From Octopus sinensis (Eukaryota), in assembly GCF_006345805.1 (NCBI RefSeq), contig NC_042997.1, positions 87,916,001-87,980,000 of the forward strand: a stretch of DNA of 64,000 nt, in the 5' to 3' direction. Under the pieces are notes generated by a model. That model worked only from the letters and a program-made list of their open reading frames with translations, did not search any database and had not been told where the DNA came from. A program made the translations under genes and the position numbers. Each line of letters starts with the position of its first letter. The first letter of the stretch is position 1. Below, piece by piece: positions 50,627-62,835 of this stretch.

Positions 50627-51574
50627 AACAACAAACAAGATGAGGACAAATATCCGTCAGATGTAAATAATGTATAATAAAGATCCTCACCACCACCACT
50701 ATTCATCATCATCATCAGTGACTGCAGCAACAGCTATGTCTGACATAAGAACTTTCTAGCAAAGTAGCCTACTTATAGTTTTTTCACCTTTTTCTGACTC
50801 TTCAATTGAAATTTCATGTCATGCAGCCTCATTACAAAGTGGTTGATATGACTCCCTCAGGCCCAAATTTTGTCAATTCTTATGTACCTTGATATGTCTC
50901 TTGCACCACTATCATACATTAAGCATTAACAGTGTGTTCCTTACAAAATATACACTCACAGGTACCCTTCACTTTTCAATAATCTTTTGATAGCACCCTT
51001 CACTTTTCAATAATCTTTTGTACATTGATGCTCTACACATAATCTAGATAATTCAAAATGAATATTTTAGGAGCAGTGGCTTTTGTAAAATCCCCCAACA
51101 TTTTATGACTAGCCAGTTTTATTGAACATCACCAAAGCACAATTACTATACATACAAAATTACTTACTAAACAATTCATTCTCTGTACATGAACAACACA
51201 CAACTAAGATTCAGATTCACTAGAAATACTAAATCTTATATCCTTACTTGTTATCAACATCTATAATAATTTCTTACAGAGGCACAAGCATAAATTTAGC
51301 AGAGGGTTTAGTCGATTAATTTAACTTCAGTACTTGACTGATACTTTTTATCAATCACTGAAGGATGGATGGTGATGTTAACCTTGCTGGCATTTGAATT
51401 CAGAATGTAAAGAGCTAGAATAAATTCCATAATTTTTTTTGTCTGATGCACTAATGATTCTGTCAATCAATCCGCATCTGAACAATGATAAGAGCGACCC
51501 ATACTCTAAGATTCCTCTTTAAGCTCTAAAAGTACATCTGTTGTGAATAGTTGCTGACTCTTTACAAAGTACAA

Positions 51575-52058
51575 GTAGGTCCAACATGAATCTATGGTTC
51601 ACTGAGGCATCCAAACAACATATGGATAAAGACAGTTGCATAAAGAAGTGCCAGACTCTAATTGTGGAAGGGGTAGACTCAGGAAGATGTGGGATGAAGT
51701 GGTGAGAAAAGATCTTTGGATGAAGAAATGACAAGGGACTTGGAGTTGAGGTGATTTACTGTACTTGAGAAGATATGTTAGATGTGTCAAGCTAAGTAAA
51801 ATTATTGTCATCTGTACATACAGACTTGTCTATCATAGGTGCTGATGCCACATGAAATGCATTTGTGCTGGTGCTATGTAAATGCACCCATGCTGGTGGC
51901 ATGTAAAAAGCACCAACACACTCTGTAAAGTGGTTGGCATTAGGAAGAACATCTAGTTGTAGAAATCATGCCAAAACAGATAATTGGAGTCTGGCCAGCT
52001 CCTGTCAAACATCCAACCCATGCTAGCATGGAAAGTGAATGTTAAATGGTGATGATGA
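51575..52058 (+). mobile_element. RTE LINE 3' fragment, internally deleted
   Basis: GRLRKMWDEVVRKDL remnant, then the standard UTR ending gttaaatggtgatgatga. Confidence 0.75.
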
Positions 52059-54551
52059 ATACTCTGCCTAATACTCTTGGTGCACATGCTCTATCTTCTC
52101 TCATTAGCCTTAGCACTTTGTCATATCTTTACTCTCCTGAAGAGCGAACTGTTGAACTTCCTTCCTAGACCATATTTTTCTCAATAAACATTGAACTGCA
52201 GAGGTTAAAGTTGAACATTATCCATATTAACTTCCCCAGTCTATGTGATCTAGCAAAGGCTTTAGAATATTATCCTTCTTCAAAACAGAAAAAAAGAAGA
52301 AAGAAAAGCAAAGTGCACCAGCTTCATTGTTGTTAGTTGTCATAAAAGTAACTTAAATTTTTTTCTTTTTTTATATTTCTTTCCTGATACATTATAAGCG
52401 AAATATTTATTTGAAAACCTTTTTTAATTAGATTGTTTTGTATTTTTTATAGATGGTTTTGATGACTAAGTAATGAAATTTTGTCGTGTCTAACTGTAAT
52501 TAAATTTGTTGCATTTCATCTTAACACTGGTTTTTAATGGTTGACTGTTAGATAAGATAGAAAGTTTAAAATTGAAAGATGAATAAAATTATATCAATTA
52601 TTATGTCAATTTAGTTGTTTATATAGAACAATCAGTAATATCTTAGATTTGATATATTTTAGTCATTTTATCATATATGTACATACATATAAGACATTTT
52701 ATTTTTTAAACTAATCATCATCATATTGGAATATAGAAATCTTAACTATTAACATCATTTGAGTTTATTTGCAGTGTATTTAATTCAAGATTTTTCTTTT
52801 GAAATTTTAAACTTTTGCATTTCTTATTTATAGTGTTTCATCGTTTTCAGTCATGATAATCATCCTCACTTTCAATCAGGTTTTCTATGTTTTCATGGGT
52901 TGGATAGCTTTTCTCCAGTACAGTGTCTTACACTATTTATTATAGTCTTTTATTAGTTGTTTCTGAAATCAGTAGTCATTAATTCTTCCCATGTCTTCCT
53001 TGGTATTCTTTTGGCACAGGTTCTTCTTAGATTATTTGCTTTTCTTTGCCCAACATTCATCTTCCATACACATCACATGTTTGTGCTAGCTCAAACTTCT
53101 CTGTTACACACTATGTCTGATTCTTCTTCTACACAGTTTTTGTGTTCTATCAATTACATACTCTAACATGACACAACCAGTGGAGTATGTTCACCTAGTT
53201 TCTTCCTACCATTTATACATCCTCTGCATTTGGTGCTCATGTTTTTGCTATATTCCACATTGCACTTTGTACACATAAGTATCATACATTCTGAAAAGGA
53301 TTTTTTTTTTTGCCCACAGGTATAATAGTTCTCTGAACTTTTTCAGCTCTGTTTTTAATCTGGCTCTTATGTTTTTAGAACACCCACCTTCACTTTTAAT
53401 CAGATAATCTCAGTAATAGAAGCTTTCAGGTACATCTAGGAAGCCTTCTATATATTTTATAGGAGCTTTTACTGTTAGCTATGCATCTGCATAGGAGAAA
53501 GGCCTTTCTCCTCTGTCAATCTACCTGTGATTCTACTGCACTTTTTGTGCACCCATAGTTTATATTGGACACTCTGTATAGAATTCCTACCAACTCTTTT
53601 TCTACATATCAAGTATGACAACTCACCAGATGGTAGTATAGTCCTGTCTACTTTCCTATTAACTAAAACTTTTGCCTTTGCAAGATTTATTTTAAGATCT
53701 CTTAATTCCAGACTTTGCTTATTGATTCTTTCTTAAATACAAAACCACAAATTTATAGTTAGGAAAAAGTTTCTCAGTAATATCTCATGCATTTCTCTCC
53801 AGGACTCAAAATTACTATTGCCTATCTTAATCTTACTACTTACTCTACAATATTCTCTATATAATCTATAAAAGATAATATATAGAAAAATATGCTATTT
53901 AAAAAATAAAAGTTATGAATATAATCAAAGGAGACAACCACCATTATTATAGATAACACATGCAATTGATATATACATACAACATTAAAAAACAAACACA
54001 ACATGCATACACAAACTAGTGAGAGAACTGTTATATGGTTGCTTAACCTACAGCAACCAAATCTCTTCTAGATCACTCTTCACTATCTTAAAAAAGGACA
54101 TTGGATGATTTAGCTCAGGTCACAGAGATGGTCACATCTAGAAAGCTTTTGATCACAGGTCTGCTCAGTGAGGGCTGACTTGGAACTAAGTAGCAACAAT
54201 TACACACACACACATGCATGCACAATGCTACATAGAGACAAGCACTCACGGACCTTAACATAAAAATTAACTATTTATAAGAAATGAATTATCTACATTA
54301 ATGGATTTCAATTTTATACTATTAGAGCTTCCATATATAAGATAAAGTTCATTATGTTTTGTATACCTTCACTGTTCAAAATCTACAAAAGTTGAAATAT
54401 TGTTAAAAGTATATAAACCTGGTCAAGGAAATGTGTACTGATATTTTAAAGAGAATCATCCAGCTCTTTATTAAATACTATCTTTAACTTGGATTTTAAC
54501 ACAAAGTGTTTTCACAAGACTAGTTTTACATACACAAAATAAATTAGTTCG

Positions 54552-54591
<40 letters not shown>

Positions 54592-54862
54592 GCTTCTCTC
54601 AGTTTCTGTCTACCACAAAACACACATGACAGGCTTTCAATTCAACAAATTTTACACACAAGATGTTGTCAAACTGATGCTAAAATAGAAGACAATTCCC
54701 TAAGGTACCGTGTAAGTTGCTAAGTAAACTTTTTAGTTAGACAGCTATATCTACACCTGTGATACAATATTTAAAGTATATTTTGTTCTTTACATCTCTG
54801 TTTCATATATTCTTACAGTTTATAGCATTATATGAGTTTGTAAATGAAATATTATTATTGTT

Positions 54863-55280
54863 GAATGAGAGAGCAGTACATGCCATCAAAGTGACACTGT
54901 AGTACAAATATATGAAACCCATTATACCTATCATGACTACTTGTTGGATAAGGGTACACCATGCACCATACATCACAGCCATATGTGCATGACATGGTGA
55001 TCTCATATCAAGATGAAAAGTACATGATCTTGTAGGTAAGGCCCAGTTAGAATTTTCTTTAGGTTAAGTAGCCCATCCCACTCAAAAGGTTCCTGAATGA
55101 GGGTTGTTTAAGGATGATGAATGAAGCATTTGTTTCAAGGCGTAAATTATTCAAACCCCAAAGAATTCCTCTCAACACATAGCTATGATGCTACCCCACT
55201 ACTTCTGCTCATGATCAGAGATTCACATATTGTCAGCCACAAATGGACATACTCAACTGGTTAAGGTCAAATAACTTAGC
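54863..55280. repeat. Dispersed non-coding repeat, truncated copy
   Basis: Colinear and highly similar to 57790-58200. Confidence 0.85.
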
Positions 55281-57369
55281 CAAAATTATGTATATTGCAT
55301 CAAATGCAATTATTCTGAAATTAATATTTCAAGCATCATTCACCAAAGATTTCATTGGAAAATTTATTATAAATACTTTTAAGTCAGGTAATGAACACTC
55401 AAAAAGCAACAGGTAATATGTGTTCATTCAGCATTATCTCTCTGATACATTCACTGTAAAACTAATGAAGCTAAATTTACCTTACTTGAAAATTTGATTT
55501 GAGTGAAGTGTCTTTAATTAATTATCAAAAATATCTTTTGAAATATTTTATGCTAGGTTTCAACTATGGAACTTTATTCTAGTATATATTATTTTATATT
55601 TTTACTGGATTCTCTTACTGGTTTCAATCATTAGACTGTTGCCACTCCGGGGCATGCCGCCAAGGGTTTAACAAGTGATCAACTCCTATTATTTACTTTT
55701 AAGTCTGGTACTGATTGATCTGTAATACTCTCCAAAGTAAAGGGTAGATTGTATGATGTTTGTGTACAAAATGTGTTACTACATGATAGTGAGATATGAG
55801 CCTTCAATGCAGAAAGTCTATAAAGGCTAGAAAGAAATTAAGTGATTGGGTAAATAATGGAAGTGAGGAGGAGAGAGAGAGAGAGTGATGTATATCAGTA
55901 GAGAATGATAAGAGGGAATAATGAAAGATAAAATAAAGGATTATCAGATATCAAAAAAAAAAAGGCGAGCAAGTGATGGATAGCAATATAAATGGGTAAT
56001 TGTAGGACAGGGTGGTGGGTATCAAAGAATGACAAGTGTGGAGAGAGGTAGTATGGAAAAGACATTCATCACATTAACATATGCTGCATGTTGATGTTAG
56101 TATGCATGAATGATAAAGCACAAATGAATTGAGAAGAAAGCTGAATATAAGAGGAATCAGATTAGTGTGCAAGTGAGCAGACTGCACTGGTACAGGCATT
56201 ATGGTATGTATGAAGGATGTCAGTTTTATACGGAGCAACTTGCAGTTCATGGAACTCGTAGAAAAGGGAGATCAAGAAGAGGAAGTAATGATCAGTTTAT
56301 CAAGATAAACTGATCTTTACAAAGGAAATTATAAAGAACCATGAAGATAAGCCCACCTGTGTTAATGAGGCAAAATGGACATTATAAAGGTGAGAGATGG
56401 TGGTGGTTGGAATATATATCTTTATTTGGGTCTATCACCTACAATGTTCCTGTTGAGTTTCCATTTAATGTCCTTCTCCTCTATCATTCACACTCTCTTC
56501 CATTCAGTGTTCCATACCTACCATCTTTCTTCCACTTGTTAATCTTTATTGACACCCACCTCTCAATCTTACTAATGACCAACTCTATTGCTATCCGTCA
56601 CTTGCTCTCTTTTACCATCATCTATCTTTATTGCTGTCTACCAATCCTTCACTGTCTCTTGCATTACCCTTTGTTATTAGTGTTGTAATATATCACTCTC
56701 TTTTTCCCTGTCATTTCCATTACACTTCCTTAATACTCCCTCTTTCTCCAACTTAGCAGTCATAACTTTTTCTATTCAATCTTACCAACAGCCAGATTTC
56801 AGCTGCCTATCACTCTCTCCATTACTTCCTCCTCACCTCCCTCTTCTTAGTGTCATATTTCCTCCATCATATTCATACTCTCATCATTTCTTTTATGGTC
56901 TGGTTCTCTCTGTCTTTCTCCTCTCTCCCTCTCTCTTTCTATCTCTCCCTTCTGGGCCATGGATATTTTAAACAAATTGAAGCAACAAAGTTGTGAGGGC
57001 TCTTGTGTCATGTAGAGAGTAAGGCATCCTCTCCAGAACTCATGCCATGATAAGATGTAACCACTACATTCTGTAAAATAGTTGCCATTAGGAAGGACAT
57101 TCTACCATAGAAACAATACCTTGATTCTTTGATACATTGACAAGTGTATTTACTTATTTGCAATAAATAAAAGTGCAATGATAGAGATTGATTGAGGGGA
57201 AACCCATAAAAAATACTGGAATAGAATTTACTTAATGATGAGAGGATAAATTCATTAAATGCAGAAGAAATATATAAATATCTGGGAGTATTAGAAAGCT
57301 ACAAAATCATAAATTATAAAAATCCTCAGAAAAGAATATTTTCACAGAATGAAATGCTAAGCAACATTT

Positions 57370-58446
57370 TGTCTGTCTTTACATTCTGAGTTCAAATGCC
57401 ACTGCGGTCAACTTTGCCTTTCATCCTTTTAGGGTTGATAAATTAAGTAAAAATTGATCATAGGGGTTGATGTGATCAACTAGCCTCCTCTTTTAAAATT
57501 TCTGTCTTTGTGTCTCTAGTGGAAAGGATTGTTGTTGTTGTTGTTGTCGTTGTCGTTGTTGTTGTTGTTATTGTTGTTGTTCAAGCAATGAGTTGGCAGA
57601 ATCATTAGCATGCCAGGCCAAATGCTCTGCAGTATTTCATCTGTTGCTATGTTCTGAGTTCAAATTCCACCAAGGTCAACATTGCCTTTCATCCTTTTGA
57701 GGTCGAACAATTAAGTACCAGTTGAGTACTAGGGTCAATGTAATCGACTTTCTGCCTTGTGCCTATTGTAGAAAGGATTATTATTGTTATTGAATGAGAG
57801 AGCAGCAGTGCATGCCATCAAAGTGACACTGCGGTACAAATATACGAAACTCAGTATACCTATCATAAGGGTACACCAAGCACATGCATCACAGCCATAT
57901 GTGCATGACATGGTGATCTCATATCAAGAGGAAAAGCACATGATCTTACAGGTAAGGACCAGTTAGAATTTTCTTTTGGTTAAGTAGCCCATCGCACTCA
58001 AAAGGTCCCTGAATGAGGGTTGTTTATGGATGATGAACAAAACACCTATGTTTCCAGGCATAAATTATTCAAACCTCAAAGAATTCCTCTCAACACATGG
58101 CTATGATGCTCCCCCACTACTTCTGCTCATGATCAGAGATTCACATATTGTCATCCACAAAGGGATGTACTCAACTGGTTAAGGTCAAATAACTGATAAG
58201 CAAATCTATGGTATTGAGCAGAATATTTGTTGTAGTCCATCTTTTATACCAGTACAAAACATGTACATGATAACTCTGCCACTCAGTTGAGATCAAAAGC
58301 CATGAGAGCCACTGTCTGGTACTGCATCAGGGCATTTATTATTATTTGATGAAAACTTTCAGTTTATTTTGCTGGGTATGATGGAAAGTGTCAGCTGTCC
58401 ACAGCCAGTAGACTAAGGTGTATTATTATTATTGTTGTTATTATTA

Positions 58447-58489
<43 letters not shown>

Positions 58490-58496
58490 CATTATT

Positions 58497-58528
<32 letters not shown>

Positions 58529-58950
58529 GGCAGCCAGCTGGCAGAATCTTTAGCACACCAAGTGAAATGCTTAGCGGTATTTCATCTGCCGCTACATTCT
58601 GAGTTGAAATTCTGCCAAGGTTGACTTTACCTTTCATCCTTTCGAGTTGATTAAATAAGTACCAGTTACACACTGGTGTCGATGTAACTGACTTACTCCC
58701 TTCCCTCAATTTTGAGGTCATGTGCTTCCAGTAGAAAGAATTCTTCTTCTTGTTATTATTAAGGTGGCAAGCTAGCAGAGATGTTAGCATACCAGGCAAA
58801 ATACTTAGCGGCATTTTGTCTGTCTTTATATTCTTTTATCCTTCCAGGGTCAATAAGTTAAGTACCGGTGAAACACTGGGGTTGATGTAAGCAACTAGTC
58901 ACTTCTCCCCAAAATTTCAGGCTTTGTGTCTTTAGTAGAAAGGATTATTA
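57370..58950 (+). mobile_element. Cluster of four SINE family D copies (57370-57530, 57585-57780, 58528-58740, 58760-58950) separated by trinucleotide tracts
   Basis: agctggcagaatc.ttagca (A-box-like), ctgagttcaaattc (B-box-like), ctttcatcctttcg.g.t.gataaa.taagtaccag (resembles the Deu/Nin-type SINE core), tail tagaaaggattatt. Further copies near 12080-12230, 30130-30380, 33480-33740, 35200-36290, 51290-51470 and 59950-60370. Confidence 0.8.
57790..58335. repeat. ~540 bp dispersed non-coding repeat with (TAT)-type repeats at both ends
   Basis: attattgttattgaatgagagagcag ... gcatcagggcatttattattatt. Second copy at 54863-55280. Confidence 0.85.
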
Positions 58951-60374
58951 TTATTATTATTATTATAGATTTACCTTAACCATCAAATTAGAATTAGAAC
59001 CAATTCTTTTCTTGGTTATTAGTCACTGTTGTCTATTGCTTATCTTTTGTGCCTCACTATGGACTATGTGACAGTCATTGTTGATCTCTTTGTATATTTA
59101 TGCTATTGTTGTTTTTACTGTCTGTAACCATGTTTGACATGATCGAGCAAATGTGCAAAATATCCATAGTTATCACAATACATGAAGGTAATTTACAGTT
59201 TGAACAATGGATATGCCATGGTCTTATTTGACCTGCATCATGTTGTGCATTTCATTCTATAATTGATTGTTTGCAGTGTTACTTTGCTATGTTAATCTAT
59301 GACAATATCATCTTAACATGTTATGTGGTTTATGTGAGATTTTGGAAATTACAGTAACCAAACATTGATTTACAAACATTGTGTATGTTTAAGAGAAAAT
59401 ATTTATGTAAATTTAGCAAACCTTCATTGCCTTAATTGATTTTCTTTGTAGTTTATATTCACTGGCATAATAAATATAAGCAATTACTTGAGTTTAGGTG
59501 ATCATCTATAATGTTCTCTGATCCCTAATAAGAATCTATTATCTGTAACTGGTAGAATTTAGGTTAGATGATATTTCAATTCAGAACACTAAGTTCAACA
59601 TATATTATCCAGTTTATTCAACTTAATAGCACATAAATAGCATGAACCTGTTTGTCTCTAATAACTAAGTTCAGCATGATTAGCTGTGGTTGGAATGCAG
59701 CAAGCTCTGTACATCAGGTGGCATATTTAGAAAATCGGCACTCAACTGAAATATTTTGCTTCCTGTGTAATAAAAAAAAATAGAGAAAATATTAACGAAG
59801 AAATTAAATGTGTTATATGATCATTAATTTATCAAAATAAGTAAGTTTCTTTTCACAAATCAGTTTTTTTTTTACTACAGCCTTAGCTTTTACAATACCC
59901 ATAATTTACAAGTTAGAACAATCTATAAGTTATATGTGCATGTAGAGAGTTGGTAAAAAATATTGCAGTAGGTACTTGATTATGTTTTGAGTTCAAATCT
60001 TGCTCTGATATATTTTATTTATCATTCTTCTGAGGATGATAAAATAAATACCAGTCAGTAAGATGAGTATTAAGGTTGATGTACTTAGCTATACTCTTGT
60101 TTGATTACAGTTCAATGACTGAAACCAATAGCCGAATGAGGAGTGGTAATAGAATAATAATAATATTGGTAATGTGTCAGAAGGGAAAACAAAAAGCTTT
60201 GAAAATCTTGATTTTTAACAGGTGCACAGTCACATATTTTGAGGGAGGATGCAATCTATTAAAACAACCCCAGTACTTGTCTGTTACTTATTTTATCGAT
60301 CATAAAAAATGAAAAATATAGTCACTTTCATTGGAACTCAAAAATGTAAATAATGCAATTAAATGCTGAAAGTA

Positions 60375-61591
60375 TTGGGTCATCCCATAAATAATGCAGT
60401 TTTTTTCAATTGCATGAACTAAAAATCGGAGGGGGTGGGATAAACAACCTGCATCATCTTGCTATAAAAGCAGGCAGTAATTTTACCTTGTACTTATTTA
60501 TAGTGCAAGTTTTGAAGAGTGCATTTCGATTTTAACAGTTATTTTTACAAAGCTATAATGGAAGTGACAAAGAAGCATATTTGACATATTTTGCTTTATG
60601 AGTTCAATAAAGCAACAACACAACTGAGAGTGCAAGAAATATCAATGCAGTATATGGGGATCGGACAATAAGTGTAAGCCAGTGTCAACAGTGGTTCCAG
60701 AAATTCCGAGTCAGAAACTAGAGCCTAGAAAACGAGCCTCATGCTAGAAGATCTGTAGTGCTCAATGAGGACATGCAGCAAACCCTGGTGGAATAAAATC
60801 ACATCATAACTGTTGAGGTACTAGCAGAGAAGCTTGGATTTGTTCATTGAACCATTCATTGACACCTGCGTGCTGTTGAAAAAGTCAGTAAATTGGGTCA
60901 GTGGGTTCCTCACAAACTTTTTGAGTCTAATCGTGTACAGAGAGTGAATGTGTGCTCTTCTTTGCTGTCATGCCTCACGAATGAAACTTTTTTTGGACCA
61001 AGGAGTGACTAGTGATGAGAAATGGGTTCTCTATAAAAATGTCAAGTGCCAAAGACAGTGAGTAGGGAAGGGAGAAACACTGGCACCCCAGGCTAAAGAT
61101 GGTCTTCACCCATGTAAGGTGTTGTTATGTGTTTGGTGTGATATTAAAGGTTTAGTCTGCTTTGAACTTTTAAACCCTAGCTATACAATAAAAAAGTTTG
61201 AGTAGCTTAAGTCAATGCTAGAAAGGTGTACTTCCATCAGGATAATATTCAGCTACATAGAGTAAGGATGACATTTCAAAGGCCGGAGGAGTTTGAATGG
61301 GAAATGATGCCCCACTCACCATATTTGCCAGACATTTATTCTGCAGTCTTCAAAATCATTTGGGTGGAAAAAATATGAATTTTGTAGACAAAGTCAGAAC
61401 AGTAGTGGAGGAATATTTTTCATCACAGACAGTAAACTTTGGAAGAGGGGCCTTGCAAGTCTACCAGATAGATGGAAGAGCATTGTAGAAAATGGCGAGT
61501 ATATTTTACACTAAAAAAAAGAACTTTGTTTATCTTAATTTTGAAAAATAAAAGAAGTTAAAAAAAATGCATTATTTATGGGATGACCCCA
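60375..61591 (+). mobile_element. mariner transposon, near full length, inactive
   Basis: TA at 60373-74 and 61592-93. TIRs ttgggtcatcccataaataatgca / tgcattatttatgggatgacccca. Confidence 0.95.
60558..61514 (+). pseudogene. mariner transposase pseudogene
   Basis: INAVYGD...QQWFQKFR, GQWVPHKL, VTSDEKWVLY, HPCKVLLCVW, HQDN, PHSPYLPD. Multiple stops, frameshifts and an internal deletion. Confidence 0.93.
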
Positions 61592-62469
61592 TATTTTCTT
61601 TAATATTGTACCTTTTTGCTAATTTTAAATATTAAGTAGAAAATTTGACAATATAATGGAAAATAATTATATTTAATTATTTAACTAAAATTTCTCTCAC
61701 TATAACACTTGAAAGCTAAACCTTACCTACACTATGGTACAATAAGTAGTTTTTTAAATACTTTTTACTTACTGTAAGTGTCAGTAAATAATAGAAGTAT
61801 CATTATATTTGTAAATTTCTTGCAAATGCAAAAACAAAAAATGTATATTTCATACTTACATTGATATGCAAGAGCAGGTTACTGTTTTTATTTAATATTT
61901 TTTCATTTCTTATGCTTAGTCAGAGTAGAAGAGTATCTATGAGTTTTCTTAACCTCCATCCACGCCTGTGAGATTGATGCAGTTCATGTTGAGCTAAAAC
62001 GTCTGTAGATTAATGACTCTAGAAAAGTGTAGGCATGAAGAGAATTTTAGAGAGCTTCAGTTTTGGGGAATTAGGTGTAGTAAAAGCATTTAGTTCATGA
62101 TTTGGAGTGTGAGGCACAGTAGTGATGATGAATAAAGGAAAGGCAGGCATTTTAGTTAACATGCAGTTTGCAAGTTCAAGTAAGATGAATCTATTGTAAT
62201 AATAGCAGAGAAAGGTGCGGTCATATTGAGTGCTGCCTAGTCAATTATATCAAACCTTGTACTTATTTCAGTCTGAGTTCTATTTTATCAATATTTTGCT
62301 GTATGGCTAAATTTTTACCTCTTTGATGTAAATAAACATAACAAACTTAGATTTGTGACTATAGCATATTGGTAAGTGGTTGGTTGTCAATAACAAAAGA
62401 GCAAACTAGGTTGTTTGTGTTATAACAGCTGTACTGAGCAAAGTATGTAAACATTTGTTTACTCTCTCT

Positions 62470-62835
62470 TTTTACTCTTTTTACTTGTTTCAGTCATTTG
62501 ACTGCGGCCATGCTGGAGCACCACCTTTTAGTACTTATTCTATCGGTCTCTTTTTGCCGAACCGCTAAGTGACAGGGACGTAAACACACCAGCATCGGTT
62601 GTCAAGCAATGCTAGGGGGACAAACACAGACACACAAACACACACACACATATACATATATATACATATATACGACAGGCTTCTTTCAGTTTCCGTCTAC
62701 CAAATCCACTCACAAGGCATTGGTCGGCCCGGGGCTATAGCAGAAGACACTTGCCCAAGATGCCACGCAGTGGGACTGAACCCGCAACCGTGTGGTTGGT
62801 TAGCAAGCTACTTACCACACAGCCACTCCTACGCC
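62470..62835 (-). mobile_element. SINE family A, least decayed copy in the window
   Basis: CpG-rich. Minus-strand head gcgtaggagtggctgtgtggtaagtagcttgctaaccaaccacacggttgcgggttcagtccc; tail gctccagcatggccgcagtcaaatgactgaaacaagtaaaaa. Confidence 0.85.

Larger units (their letters stand above)
49797..50680 (+). mobile_element. Penelope-like element, 5'-truncated: inverted pLTR stub, GIY-YIG region, pLTR
   Basis: Endonuclease remnant followed by a hammerhead. 49824-49843 is an inverted near-copy of 50657-50676. Confidence 0.88.
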
